The position numbers and the translations under genes are program-made. A DNA stretch of 64,000 bases from Pelagibacteraceae bacterium AG-349-E10 (GTDB lineage: Bacteria; Pseudomonadota; Alphaproteobacteria; HIMB59), in NCBI GenBank assembly GCA_003281065.1, contig QCDA01000003.1:19772-83771 (forward strand), written 5' to 3'. The notes beneath the pieces were generated by a model. It was not told the DNA's origin. It did no database searches and worked only from the letters and a program-made list of their open reading frames with translations. Shown one piece after another: positions 41,597-52,613 of this stretch; positions within the stretch are counted from its first letter, which is position 1, and the number at the start of each line of letters is the position of its first letter.

Positions 41597-43229
41597 TAAA
41601 AATAACAATTATTTTTTGCCCATTGGAGGAATAGGCGAAATAGGGGGTAATAACTATTTATACTCCTTTAAAGGAGAACAAATAATAGTTGATGGTGGTA
41701 TTTCATTTGCTGATGAAAATCTCCCCGGTGTAGATATAACTATTCCTGATCCGTATATTTTTTTGAATACATCCATTAAACCTAAAGCAATGATACTAAC
41801 TCACGCTCATGAAGATCATGTTGGAGGATTAGAGTATTACTTTGATAAGATTGATTTTCCAATCTATTGCAATCAATTTACCTTTTCCTATATAAAGCAT
41901 AAATTCAATAAAAAAAATGATTTTGAGAAAAAATTTGTAATAGTTGAGGACTTCCAAGAAGTAGAGTTTGAGAACTTTTCATTTCAATTAATTCCGACAA
42001 CACACTCTATACCCGATCCCACAGGTATATTTTTTAAAACATTGGAAGGAAATATTTATCATACAGGTGATTGGAAAATAGATAAAAATCCAGTTACTGG
42101 CTCACCTTTTGATTACAAAAATTATCAGTTATTAAAAGATGAAAATATCGACTTACTTATAGGTGACTCAACGAACGCAGGTGTAAACGAGATATCACGC
42201 TCAGAGTCCGAGTTAGACCCATCATTTGACAATTTATTTAATAAACTTGAAGGTAGAATTATAGTTACTTGTTTTTCCTCAAATATTGCAAGACTAAAAA
42301 CCATTATTTCAAATGCAATTAAGCATGATAAAAAAATATTTGTTGTAGGAAGAAGTATTAAAAGAGCAATTAATACTGCTATAGAAGAAAAGTTAATTGA
42401 AAATTTTGAAATACTTAATGAAAAAAAATTTCAGGATTACAATAAAGATAAAGTTCTTTTGATTTGCACAGGTAGCCAAGGTGAGAAAAACTCTGCTCTT
42501 TGGAAGATTGCGAATAATACACATAATCAAATTAAATTAAGTGCAAAAGATAATATTATTTTTTCATCAAAAGAAATTCCGGGTAACGAAAAATCAATTT
42601 CATATTTAAAAAATTCTTTTAGCTACTTAGGCTTAAATATTATCTCTGATGAAGAGGAATTTGTTCATGTTTCAGGTCATCCAGGAAAAAATGAAATAAA
42701 AGAATTTTACTCTTTCATTCAACCTAAGTCTTTAATTCCTATGCATGGAGAATATCTTCATTTAAAAAAACATTTAGAAATAGCTAAAAGCTTAAAAATT
42801 GAAAAAACAAATCTTCTTTTAAGTGGAGATTTGTGCCAATTAGATTTAGTAAATAAAAATCATAAATTAATTGATCAATTTGTTATAAAAAAACTACCTG
42901 TTGTTCAAAATCTAATTATTGAAGAGGATAATTTTATAAATGAAAGGGGAAAAATTCTTCATAATGGTGTAGTTAGTATTAATTTAATTCTAAACAAAAA
43001 ATTTGAAATTATTAAATTTCAAATATCTGATAAGGGCTTCCCTTTTTCCTACAATAAAGAAATAATTCAAGATGAAATCAAAGATATCTTACTTAATAAA
43101 ATATTGTTCATTAAGGAGGAAATTGATGAAAATTCATTAAGAGAGTTAGTAGAGGAAGTTTCAAGAAAAACTTATAATAGAAATTTTTCATTAAAGCCTG
43201 AATTGTTAATACACATATCTTTGATATGA
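41571..43229 (+). CDS. rnj: Ribonuclease J
   Basis: GG.GEIG.N, THAHEDH, HTGDWK, HVSGH, P.HGE. Confidence 0.93.
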   Translation: MKNLELLNNKNNNYFLPIGGIGEIGGNNYLYSFKGEQIIVDGGISFADENLPGVDITIPDPYIFLNTSIKPKAMILTHAHEDHVGGLEYYFDKIDFPIYCNQFTFSYIKHKFNKKNDFEKKFVIVEDFQEVEFENFSFQLIPTTHSIPDPTGIFFKTLEGNIYHTGDWKIDKNPVTGSPFDYKNYQLLKDENIDLLIGDSTNAGVNEISRSESELDPSFDNLFNKLEGRIIVTCFSSNIARLKTIISNAIKHDKKIFVVGRSIKRAINTAIEEKLIENFEILNEKKFQDYNKDKVLLICTGSQGEKNSALWKIANNTHNQIKLSAKDNIIFSSKEIPGNEKSISYLKNSFSYLGLNIISDEEEFVHVSGHPGKNEIKEFYSFIQPKSLIPMHGEYLHLKKHLEIAKSLKIEKTNLLLSGDLCQLDLVNKNHKLIDQFVIKKLPVVQNLIIEEDNFINERGKILHNGVVSINLILNKKFEIIKFQISDKGFPFSYNKEIIQDEIKDILLNKILFIKEEIDENSLRELVEEVSRKTYNRNFSLKPELLIHISLI

Positions 43230-43426
43230 AGTTTTTATTCTTACTTTTTATTATTTGGTGGGTTATTTTTATGACAATATTACCTATCAAAAGATCTGAA
43301 TTTGAGGAGGGTATGCCAAGAAAGTCTTATTTAGGAATAAAATTTTTAGTTTCATTTGCCCTATCAATGATCGTATCTTTTTTTATAATAAAATATGAAA
43401 ATAATATATTTGAATACTTTAAATGA
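43226..43426 (+). CDS. Small membrane protein, DUF1467-like
   Basis: IIWW..F...LP motif; position between rnj and proS as in other alphaproteobacteria. Confidence 0.6.
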   Translation: MKFLFLLFIIWWVIFMTILPIKRSEFEEGMPRKSYLGIKFLVSFALSMIVSFFIIKYENNIFEYFK

Positions 43427-44697
43427 AACTTTCAAACCTTTTATTTAACTCATTAAAAGAGTCACCAAAAGAAGCTAAAATTATTTCTCATCAATTAATG
43501 TTGCGTTCATCGATGATTAGGCAACATACCTCGGGAATATACACCTGGTTACCATTAGGTTTTAAAGTTTTAAAAAATATTGAAAATATAATTCGAAATA
43601 ATCAAGACGAAATAGGCTGTAATGAAATGTTAATGTCTACTATTCAATCTTCAGAATTATGGAAAAAAAGCGGCAGATATGCAGACTATGGAAAAGAGAT
43701 GTTAAGAATTACTGACAGACATGATAATGATTTATTATATGGACCAACTAATGAAGAGGTCATTACAGATTTATTTTCAGATTATGTTAATTCTTATAAA
43801 GGCCTTCCTAAATATTTGTACCATATTCAATGGAAATTTAGAGATGAAATTAGACCTCGGTTTGGTGTAATGCGAGGTAGAGAATTTTTAATGAAAGATG
43901 CATATAGCTTTGACTTAACTGAAGATGCTGCATTTGAAACCTATAAAAAGTTTTTTAGAAGTTATTTGAAAACTTTTCTAGATTTAGGCTTACAACCTAT
44001 ACCTGTAAAAGCTGCTACTGGTGCTATTGGTGGAGATTTATCTCATGAGTTTCAAATACTAGCTAATACCGGTGAAAGCGAACTTGCTTATGATTCTAAA
44101 TTAGTTGATTCAAATTTATACGAAAAAAGTTATGAAGAAATTACAGCAATGTATTCTGCATCTGACGAAATGATTGATAAATCAAAATCTGATGTGATAA
44201 TTGGAAGAGGTATTGAAGTCGGGCACATATTTAATTTTGGCACTAAATATACTAAGCCATTAGAATGCTTTGTGCTAAATCAAGATGGAAAAAGAATAAC
44301 ACCATATATGGGATCCTATGGAATAGGAGTTTCCAGATTAACAGCAGCAATAATAGAGGCATTCCACGATGATAAAGGTATCAAATGGCCTATTAATATT
44401 TCACCATTTAAGATAAACATCATAATGCAACCGAACTCTGATTATATATCAGATGTGGAGAGTATTTATAATCTGCTTATCACTAAATATGATAAAGTTA
44501 GTTTAGATGATAGAGATTTAAGTATAGGTAGAAAAATTAAAGACTCTGAATTGATTGGAATACCTTGGACATTGATTATCGGGAATAATTTTAAAGAAAA
44601 AGGTCAAATTGAACTGATTAGTAGGTCTAACAGTGATAAGATATTCTTAAGTAAACAAGAAATTGAGAATTTTGAATTTGAACAATACACTCCATAA
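43423..44697 (+). CDS. proS: Proline--tRNA ligase (short form without editing insertion)
   Basis: PTNEE, FRDEIRPRFGVMRGREF.MKDAYSF, IEVGHIF, SYGIGVSR. Confidence 0.96.
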   Translation: MKLSNLLFNSLKESPKEAKIISHQLMLRSSMIRQHTSGIYTWLPLGFKVLKNIENIIRNNQDEIGCNEMLMSTIQSSELWKKSGRYADYGKEMLRITDRHDNDLLYGPTNEEVITDLFSDYVNSYKGLPKYLYHIQWKFRDEIRPRFGVMRGREFLMKDAYSFDLTEDAAFETYKKFFRSYLKTFLDLGLQPIPVKAATGAIGGDLSHEFQILANTGESELAYDSKLVDSNLYEKSYEEITAMYSASDEMIDKSKSDVIIGRGIEVGHIFNFGTKYTKPLECFVLNQDGKRITPYMGSYGIGVSRLTAAIIEAFHDDKGIKWPINISPFKINIIMQPNSDYISDVESIYNLLITKYDKVSLDDRDLSIGRKIKDSELIGIPWTLIIGNNFKEKGQIELISRSNSDKIFLSKQEIENFEFEQYTP

Positions 44698-45850
44698 ACT
44701 ATCTTTCTCCTACATATTTAATTTCAAAAAAGATAAAGCATTCTCAGTATCAACAATTTTATCATCACTAGCTTTAATATTAGGTATTTCAATTTTAATA
44801 ACAGTAATGTCAGTTATGAATGGTTTTAGAGAGCAATTAGTTGAGTCATTAAGTGGTGTGAATGGAGATATTACTATTTATGATGCTAACAAAGATAAAA
44901 TCAAAAAAATACAAGAAAAAAATCCTTCAATATCTTTTGTTGAAAATATTCAAACTAGAGTAATCACTAGTAATGTAAATGGTATAGAGGGCCTATTAAT
45001 GAAATCCCTCAACAAAGAAGACATCTATAAAATACCTAAAATTAATCAAAATATATTTGAAATAGAAAAAAATATCGACAATTGGGTTTTCATTGGAGTT
45101 GAACTAGCGAGGTCTTTAAATTTAAAAGTAGGGATGCCTATTCAAATTAATATTCCTGGAAATTCTATGACAATTTTAGGCCCTGTTCTAAATTCAAGAC
45201 AATTAATCATTAAAGGAATATTTAATACAGGGGTATATGACTTTGATAAATATTTTATTTTTAGCAATATCGATCAGTTTAATAATAACATAAGTAATAG
45301 AGTTATAGATGTTTATTTGAATAATAAAAACTTTGATTATAGGGATTTAGATGACCTAAACTACTCAACATGGGAGGATCAAAACCAAACTTTAGCTCAA
45401 GCATTATCTGCTGAAAAAAATGTTATGTTTGTTATTCTATTTTTTATTATTGTAATTTCTTCCTTTACAATAATTTCAAATCAAATTTTTTTTATTAAAG
45501 AAAAGTATAAAGATATTATTTTGCTAAAAGCATTGGGTATAAAGCAATCAAAAATTTGTTTTATATTTTTTTTGAATTCTTTCTTCATATCGTTTTTCTC
45601 TATTATTATTGGCACTTGTTTAGGATTACTTTTATCTACAAATATAGACTCTGTCGAAAACTTTTTATCATATTTATTAAATTTTGAACTTTGGAATAAT
45701 GAAATAAGATATTTAACATCAATGCCTTATAGTATTAAATTAAACGACATAGTGTTTATTGTAAGTATTTCTCTGTTTTCAAGTTTAGTTGCTTCTTACA
45801 TTCCAATATTGAGAATATTTAGAATTAAACCAAATTTAATACTAAGATGA
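44663..45850 (+). CDS. Lipoprotein-releasing ABC transporter permease (LolC/E)
   Basis: VMSVMNGF, EK.VM, LKALG motifs; upstream of a lolD-like ATPase; exact start uncertain. Confidence 0.85.
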   Translation: MRILNLNNTLHKLSFSYIFNFKKDKAFSVSTILSSLALILGISILITVMSVMNGFREQLVESLSGVNGDITIYDANKDKIKKIQEKNPSISFVENIQTRVITSNVNGIEGLLMKSLNKEDIYKIPKINQNIFEIEKNIDNWVFIGVELARSLNLKVGMPIQINIPGNSMTILGPVLNSRQLIIKGIFNTGVYDFDKYFIFSNIDQFNNNISNRVIDVYLNNKNFDYRDLDDLNYSTWEDQNQTLAQALSAEKNVMFVILFFIIVISSFTIISNQIFFIKEKYKDIILLKALGIKQSKICFIFFLNSFFISFFSIIIGTCLGLLLSTNIDSVENFLSYLLNFELWNNEIRYLTSMPYSIKLNDIVFIVSISLFSSLVASYIPILRIFRIKPNLILR

Positions 45851-46482
45851 GTTTATTAGAATTAAAAAATATTTCTAAATCATATCTATCAAAGGTAGGA
45901 AATTTTCAAGTAATAAAAAAATTAAATTTATCAGTAGATCATAATCAAAATATTTTTTTATTTGGTCCATCAGGATGTGGTAAGTCAACTTTATTAAACT
46001 TAATATCAGGATTAGATAGTTCAGACTCTGGAGAAATTTACTTCGATGGTAAATTAGTAAAAAACCATTTTGATCTTTTGAAAGACGATATAGGTATTAT
46101 ATTTCAGGACCACTATCTGATATCTGAATTGAACATATTCGATAACATTAAATTAAAAAGTAACGATACAAGAAAAGTTGAAAAAATCTTAACCTATTTT
46201 AATTTGAGCAAATTTAAATTTAAATACCCCAATCAATTATCAAATGGACAAAAACAAAGAGTTTGTGTTGCAAGATCCCTAGTGAATAGTCCTAAACTAT
46301 TAATAGCTGATGAACCTACAAGTTATTTAGATAAAGAAAATGCAAATTTGGTAATTGATCTTATATTAAATAGTTCTAAAAAATTCAATTTATCAACAAT
46401 AATAGCAAGTCATGATATTTCATTTCGTCCACTTTTTGATAAGTCTTATACAATTGAAGATAAATTGATAAAAGAATGCTAA
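45847..46482 (+). CDS. lolD: Lipoprotein-releasing ABC transporter ATPase
   Basis: GPSGCGKST, LSNGQKQR, ADEPT..LD, SHD. Confidence 0.82.
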   Translation: MSLLELKNISKSYLSKVGNFQVIKKLNLSVDHNQNIFLFGPSGCGKSTLLNLISGLDSSDSGEIYFDGKLVKNHFDLLKDDIGIIFQDHYLISELNIFDNIKLKSNDTRKVEKILTYFNLSKFKFKYPNQLSNGQKQRVCVARSLVNSPKLLIADEPTSYLDKENANLVIDLILNSSKKFNLSTIIASHDISFRPLFDKSYTIEDKLIKEC

Positions 46483-49400
46483 TACCTCTAAGAAACTATT
46501 CAAATTATTCTATTTGCGAGTCCAATATTAAAATTGAGGATCTTGTAAATTTTGCTGATAAGGAAAAATTACCTGCAATGGCATTAACAGATTATAAACT
46601 ATTATCAGGAGCTCTTGAATTTTCAACAAAATGTAAAAACAAGGGTATTCAACCGATTATAGGATTGGATGTTGATTATATTTCAAAATTAAACCACAAA
46701 TCGCGACTTACTTTTCTATGCAAAAATGAAATTGGTTTTAAAAATCTTAATATATTATCTACAAAAATTAATACTGAAAATGAATTTCATTTATCTTTAA
46801 ATAATATTAATAATTTTTCTGAAGGTAACATTTTAATTTTAGGTGGGTTATTTAGTTATTTCCAGGATTTAAATATAAATACAAATAATTTAAAAATCAT
46901 TATTCACGAAATCACTGCTCTAAAAAATTTCTTTAAAAATGATGTTTTTTTTGAATTTGATGAAAATTTAGATAATAAACCATTAAATGAAATATCTAAA
47001 AAATCTAAAATTAATTCATTTCTATCTTCATTTAGTTTTTACAAACAAGATAAAGATTACGATGCTATAAAAATACTTCATTGTTTAAAGAATGGTGAAT
47101 ATTTACAAAATACTTCGTTTAATATAAAAAATAATTATTCTTTAGCTAATATCAATCAAGAAAATAATAACTTAACCCCACTAATACAAAATTCAAATTT
47201 AATAGCAAATAAAATTAATTTTCTAATTGAAGAAAAGCCTATTACATTGCCAAATTTTAAATCAGATTTTGACTCCGATGAAGATAAAGAAATTATTCAA
47301 CAATCTAGAAGTGGCTTAGATTTAAGATTAAAAAAAATACTTTCAAACAGAACTATTGAAGAATTTAACAGTCAATCAAAAATATATAGGGATCGTTTAG
47401 AATATGAATTAAATGTTATTATAAAAATGAAATTCTCTGGATATTTTCTTATAGTTAGTGATTTTATTAGATGGGCTAAGTCAAATTCAATTCCTGTTGG
47501 TCCTGGAAGAGGATCGGGTGCTGGATCAATTGTTGCATGGTCTTTATTAATCACAGATGTAGATCCAATCCAATATGGTTTGCTTTTTGAAAGATTTTTA
47601 AACCCAGATAGAGTATCAATGCCTGACTTCGATATCGATTTTTGTAAATCAAGAAGAGATGAAGTTATTGAGTATGTTCAAAAAAAGTATGGTTACCAGA
47701 ATGTTGCACAAATAATTACCTTTGGATCGATGATTTCGAGGGGAATATTAAAGGATATTGGTAGAGTAGAAGGTGTTCCATATTCTGAAGTAGAAAGAAT
47801 GGTAAATAAAATACCTTATAATCCAGTTCATCCATTAAGTATTAGTGAGTTGAAAGCTAATCATTTTGATCAATTAGGTGATTTAGCTGATTCTCCAATG
47901 ATGGATAAAGCAGAGTCAATGGAAGGTGCACTAAGAAATGTATCTACACATGCTGCAGGAATAATCATTTCTTCTGATAAGCTATATGGAAATATTCCTT
48001 TGTTTAAAGATGATGACTCAGAAATAATGGCTACTCAATACAATATGAAAGATTGCGAGAAAGCAGGTTTATTAAAATTTGATTTTCTTGGGCTAGCTAA
48101 TCTCACCATAATTGATGAAACTCTTAAATTAATAAAAGCGAAAAATCAGATTTCTATTGATTTAAATGAAATTCCTTTTAACGATAAAAAAACTTTTAAA
48201 TTGTTAAGTGATGGATATACGTGTGGAGTGTTTCAAGTTGAAAGTGCTGCAATGGTAGATACTTTGGTCAAACTTAAACCAACCAGCATAGAGGAAGTTA
48301 TAGCAGTCTTAGCTTTGAATAGACCTGGTCCAATGCAATTTATTGATAGCTTTATTAAAAGAAAAAAAGGAGAGGAAAAAATTATATATGATCATCCCTT
48401 ACTTGAACCAATTTTGAGAGAAACTTATGGAATAATTGTTTATCAAGAACAAATTATGAAAATAGCTCAAGTAATATCAGGATACACTTTAGGTCAAGCA
48501 GATTTATTGAGAAGAGCCATTGGCAAAAAAATTAAAGCTGAATTAATGAATCAAAAGGATAATTTTATTAAAGGCGCTGTAAATAAAAAGGTTAGATCTA
48601 AAGATGCTGAAAAACTATTTTCCTTGATTGAAAAATTTGCAGAATATGGATTTAATAAAAGTCATGCAGCTGCATATGCTTTTATTACTTACTATACAGC
48701 ATATCTAAAAGCACATTTTCCATTAGAATTCTATTGTGAACTTCTAAATAATTCATTGAACAATACAGACAAAATTTTTGTAATACTAAATGAAATGTAT
48801 GATCAAGATTTAAAAATATTACCACCTAATATAAATTATTCAGATTATAAATTTATAGTACATGAAGATAAGATAATTTATGGTTTAGCTGCACTGAAGG
48901 GCGTAGGTGAAGAGTCAATGAAAGAACTAGTCACCGAAAGAAACAAATTTGGTAAATTTAAATCTCTATCAGATTTTAATGATAGATTATCCAGATCTGT
49001 ATTAAATAAAAGACAAATAGAAAAACTAATCTTATCAAATTCTTTAAATTCACTTAATACGAGTATCTCAAAACTTTTTGCTAATGTAGAAAACATTATA
49101 CATAAAAAATCTGGAGCAGCATTATTTAAAGACTTATCTGATGATCAGTTTTTTTTAAATAAAAATTATACCACAGTTGATCCAATAAAAGCTGAATTTG
49201 AAAGTTATGGATTTCTTTACTCTCAAAAAAAACAAACAAAAATACTAACAAACCTTAATCAATCATCTTTTAAAGAAAAAATTAATAGTAAACTTGAATT
49301 TTTTGAAGATTTTTATTTTTATGTTGTTAAAGCACAATATAAAACTACTAGAAATGGTAAAAGATATATTCTCTTAAATGTCATAAATGAAAGTGGTTTT

Positions 49401-49661
49401 TTTGATTTGAGACTTTTTGATGATAAGTTTGACGTAAGATCACTTCACGCACAATACATAAAAGCTAAAATTAAATCATCTATTAAAAATGATTTTTATA
49501 ATGTTAATATTGATAATTTACTCATTATTAAGGATGATGATTTAGTAAATAAGATAAACCATATTTCTTATGAGGAATTACTAGGATTAGATAAAGTTAA
49601 TAAATCCAGCAATATAAGAGTCTATAATGATAACAAAATACTAAATATTTCACTGAATTAA
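46476..49661 (+). CDS. dnaE: DNA polymerase III alpha subunit
   Basis: GPGRGSGAGS, PDFDIDF, LLKFDFLGL, YGFNKSH. Confidence 0.96.
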   Translation: MLIPLRNYSNYSICESNIKIEDLVNFADKEKLPAMALTDYKLLSGALEFSTKCKNKGIQPIIGLDVDYISKLNHKSRLTFLCKNEIGFKNLNILSTKINTENEFHLSLNNINNFSEGNILILGGLFSYFQDLNINTNNLKIIIHEITALKNFFKNDVFFEFDENLDNKPLNEISKKSKINSFLSSFSFYKQDKDYDAIKILHCLKNGEYLQNTSFNIKNNYSLANINQENNNLTPLIQNSNLIANKINFLIEEKPITLPNFKSDFDSDEDKEIIQQSRSGLDLRLKKILSNRTIEEFNSQSKIYRDRLEYELNVIIKMKFSGYFLIVSDFIRWAKSNSIPVGPGRGSGAGSIVAWSLLITDVDPIQYGLLFERFLNPDRVSMPDFDIDFCKSRRDEVIEYVQKKYGYQNVAQIITFGSMISRGILKDIGRVEGVPYSEVERMVNKIPYNPVHPLSISELKANHFDQLGDLADSPMMDKAESMEGALRNVSTHAAGIIISSDKLYGNIPLFKDDDSEIMATQYNMKDCEKAGLLKFDFLGLANLTIIDETLKLIKAKNQISIDLNEIPFNDKKTFKLLSDGYTCGVFQVESAAMVDTLVKLKPTSIEEVIAVLALNRPGPMQFIDSFIKRKKGEEKIIYDHPLLEPILRETYGIIVYQEQIMKIAQVISGYTLGQADLLRRAIGKKIKAELMNQKDNFIKGAVNKKVRSKDAEKLFSLIEKFAEYGFNKSHAAAYAFITYYTAYLKAHFPLEFYCELLNNSLNNTDKIFVILNEMYDQDLKILPPNINYSDYKFIVHEDKIIYGLAALKGVGEESMKELVTERNKFGKFKSLSDFNDRLSRSVLNKRQIEKLILSNSLNSLNTSISKLFANVENIIHKKSGAALFKDLSDDQFFLNKNYTTVDPIKAEFESYGFLYSQKKQTKILTNLNQSSFKEKINSKLEFFEDFYFYVVKAQYKTTRNGKRYILLNVINESGFFDLRLFDDKFDVRSLHAQYIKAKIKSSIKNDFYNVNIDNLLIIKDDDLVNKINHISYEELLGLDKVNKSSNIRVYNDNKILNISLN

Positions 49662-49704
49662 TTCTTGATTATTACGATTTATCCTTTAAAACATCAAAAA
49701 AAAA

Positions 49705-49771
49705 CAGGTTAATAGACATCCGGTGCCTTAAAGGTTTCCCTTCTATTAACTAAAGCTTAACCGGAGGCAAA
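49705..49771 (+). promoter_or_regulatory. rpsB 5' leader (S2 autoregulatory-type structure)
   Basis: GTTAATAGA(49708-16)/TCTATTAAC(49742-50) stem; TCCGGT(49719-24) complementary to ACCGGA(49760-65), which overlaps the GGAGG SD. Confidence 0.6.
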
Positions 49772-50479
49772 ATGGACATTGAAATATCACTCGAAGAACT
49801 TTTAAAGAACGGCTCTCACTTTGGCCATAACAAAAAAAGATGGAACCCGAAAATGGAAAAGTACATTTATGGGGAAAAAAATGGCACACATATTCTAGAC
49901 TTAAGAAAGTCACTTCCTTTGATCGAAAATGCATTGAAATTTGCATATGAATCTTCAAAAAATAATAAAAAATTTTTATTTGTTTCAACTAAAAAACAAC
50001 ATAGTGAAATTGTTGAAACTATAGCGAAAGAGACGGGTAATTATTTTGTTAATTTTAGATGGCTAGGTGGAATGATTACTAATTGGAATACTGTCAAAAA
50101 TTCTATTAATACACTAAATAATTATGAAAATATATTGAGTTCTGATGATACAGTTTTTACCAAAAAAGAACTATCAGATATAGAAAAAAAGAAAATTAGA
50201 TTAGATAAAACTCTTGGAGGCATTGTTGAAATGAAGTCAACTCCTGACGTAATTTTCATCATAGATACCAATAGAGAACACATCGCAGTCTTAGAGGCTA
50301 AAAAATTAGGAATACCAATAATTGGTATTGTTGATACTAACTGTGATCCCGATATTATTGATTTTCCAATACCTGCAAACGATGATGGTGTTAAATCTGT
50401 TCAATTTATACTTGATAATTTTAAAAAGGTTTTAGTTGCAAATGATGATACTCTGTCAGATGAGAGTAATAAAAAATGA
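49772..50479 (+). CDS. rpsB: 30S ribosomal protein S2
   Basis: HFGH...WNPKM, RWLGGM.TN, DTN.DP, P.NDD. Confidence 0.97.
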   Translation: MDIEISLEELLKNGSHFGHNKKRWNPKMEKYIYGEKNGTHILDLRKSLPLIENALKFAYESSKNNKKFLFVSTKKQHSEIVETIAKETGNYFVNFRWLGGMITNWNTVKNSINTLNNYENILSSDDTVFTKKELSDIEKKKIRLDKTLGGIVEMKSTPDVIFIIDTNREHIAVLEAKKLGIPIIGIVDTNCDPDIIDFPIPANDDGVKSVQFILDNFKKVLVANDDTLSDESNKK

Positions 50480-51348
50480 TTAGTATGGAATTAATCAAAA
50501 AACTTAGAGACTCTACTGGTAGTGGTATTGTAGATTGTAAAAAAGCATTATCTGAAAATAATAATGATGTTGATGCAGCAGTAAAATGGCTAAGAGAAAA
50601 AGGAATTCTTAAAGCCCAAAAAAAACAAGATAGAGAAACTAATGAGGGTGTAGTTTCTTTTTATAATAACTCATCAAATACTAAGTTTACTGTTTGTAAA
50701 ATTAAATGCGAAACTGATTTTGTTGCTAAAAATAATGATTTTTTAGATTTCGCTCAAACACTCTCTAAAGCTATTCATGAAAAGGATGATATAAATGATC
50801 ATGGGACAGATCAAGAATTAGCTAGTTTAACTATTAATGACAAACCAATGAACGATTGCCTTACAGACCTAATTTCAAAAATTGGTGAAAACATACAAAT
50901 AGTTTCTTACAAAAAGTATTCTTCAGAAACATCAATTTTTATTACATATCTTCATAATAAATATAATTCCAATTGTTCTAAAATTGGCTCAGTAGTTGAA
51001 ATTTCAACCGATAATGTAGACTCGGCATTAAAATTAATTGATGAATTAAAAGTAATTGCTATGCAAGTTTCTGCAATGAAACCAATGGGTATTGATGAAA
51101 ATTCTATAAATTCAAAAATTATTAAAGATGAAAAAGATATAATTTTAAAGCAATTGGATAAAGTACCTGATGATAAAAAAGATCAAATTATTCAAGGAAA
51201 ATTAAATAAATTTTTGAAAGAAAATACACTTTTAGGCCAAGCATTAATTACAGACCCAAAGAAGAGCGTAAGTTCCTTTTTGAGTGAAATATCAAAAAAT
51301 AATAATATTAGTCTTAACATCACATCTATGGATTTATATACTATTTAA
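50476..51348 (+). CDS. tsf: Elongation factor Ts
   Basis: IK.LR..TG....DCKKAL, CETDFVA, IGENI. Confidence 0.95.
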   Translation: MISMELIKKLRDSTGSGIVDCKKALSENNNDVDAAVKWLREKGILKAQKKQDRETNEGVVSFYNNSSNTKFTVCKIKCETDFVAKNNDFLDFAQTLSKAIHEKDDINDHGTDQELASLTINDKPMNDCLTDLISKIGENIQIVSYKKYSSETSIFITYLHNKYNSNCSKIGSVVEISTDNVDSALKLIDELKVIAMQVSAMKPMGIDENSINSKIIKDEKDIILKQLDKVPDDKKDQIIQGKLNKFLKENTLLGQALITDPKKSVSSFLSEISKNNNISLNITSMDLYTI

Positions 51349-51349
51349 T

Positions 51350-52060
51350 ATGTATAAAAATATCATGCTAAAGATTTCAGGAGAGTCTTTAGCAGGATCG
51401 AATGAACAAGGCTTTGATTTTGATATTTTGAATGATCTTTCTAATAGTATAAAAAGACTTTTATCTAAAAATCTTAAAATTTCCATCGTAATAGGAGGTG
51501 GTAATTTTATTAGGGGCTCTTCTTTTTCAAATGGCGTAGTAGACAGAGTCACCTCAGATTATATGGGTATGTTAGGTACAGTAATAAACTCTTTGGCTTT
51601 ACAATCAAACCTTAAAAAAATTGGAATTGAGTCGAGAGTTATGACTGCAATAAGTATAAATAGAGTTGCTGAGCCGTACATTAAAAACAAAGCCTCTAAT
51701 CACCTTGACAAAAATCGAGTTGTTATTTTTGCATCTGGCACAGGCAATCCTTTTTTTTCAACAGATACAGCTGCAGTTCTCAGAGCTTCAGAAATGAAGT
51801 CTGATGTTATATTTAAAGGTACAAAAGTAGATGGTATTTACGATAAAGATCCTGTCAGTAATAAAGATGCAAAAAAAATATCAGAAATCTCATATTCAGA
51901 GTATTTAAACAAGGAAATTAAGGTCATGGATGCTACAGCAATTAGTTTAGCTAAAGATAGTTCTTTACCAATAATAATTTTTTCAATTTCAAAAAGTTCA
52001 AATATAATTGATATAATTGAGGGAAAAGGTTCCTATTCAATTATAAAAGAAACTGAATAA
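51350..52060 (+). CDS. pyrH: UMP kinase
   Basis: LKISGE, GGGNF.RG, D.MGM.GT..N, GNPFFSTD; start set at ATG 51350. Confidence 0.96.
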   Translation: MYKNIMLKISGESLAGSNEQGFDFDILNDLSNSIKRLLSKNLKISIVIGGGNFIRGSSFSNGVVDRVTSDYMGMLGTVINSLALQSNLKKIGIESRVMTAISINRVAEPYIKNKASNHLDKNRVVIFASGTGNPFFSTDTAAVLRASEMKSDVIFKGTKVDGIYDKDPVSNKDAKKISEISYSEYLNKEIKVMDATAISLAKDSSLPIIIFSISKSSNIIDIIEGKGSYSIIKETE

Positions 52061-52611
52061 TGTTTAATAAGGAAAATTGCTTTTCAGAAATGCAGTCAAG
52101 TATAAATGCATTTTCTATCGAATTAAAAAATATTAGAACTGGTAGAGTTTCCCCTGATATTCTTAAAACAATAGTTGTTGATAGTTATGGGTCAAAGACT
52201 CCTTTAACTCAACTATCAAATATAAATAATTTAGACAACATGACTTTAAATGTTAATGTTTGGGATTCATCACTTGTAAAAGCTATAGAAAAATCCATTT
52301 TAGACTCAAATCTTGGAGTTACCCCACAAACAGATGGATCTAATTTGCTATTAAAATTTCCTGAGTTAAGCGCGGAAAGAAGAAAAGAGTTGGTAAAAAT
52401 CATTTCAGAAATATCTGAAAAGTTTAAAATCTCTATTAGAGGTATTAGAAGAAAATTTCTTGATGAAATAAAAAATTTAGAAAAAAATAAATCAATTTCT
52501 ATAGACGAAAGTAAAAAATTTCATGATGAAATTCAAAAGATAACTGACTCTTCAATAAGTGAAATTGAAAATTTAACTAATTCTAAACAATCTGAAATCT
52601 TAAAAGTTTAA
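52060..52611 (+). CDS. frr: Ribosome recycling factor
   Basis: IRTGR, YG...PL, P.LS.ERRKELVK, IQK.TD. Confidence 0.95.
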   Translation: MFNKENCFSEMQSSINAFSIELKNIRTGRVSPDILKTIVVDSYGSKTPLTQLSNINNLDNMTLNVNVWDSSLVKAIEKSILDSNLGVTPQTDGSNLLLKFPELSAERRKELVKIISEISEKFKISIRGIRRKFLDEIKNLEKNKSISIDESKKFHDEIQKITDSSISEIENLTNSKQSEILKV

Positions 52612-52613
52612 TT

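Noticed and set aside
46476-47250. DnaE PHP domain lacking metal-binding histidines
   Set aside because: Inactive PHP domains are common in proteobacterial DnaE, where DnaQ does the proofreading
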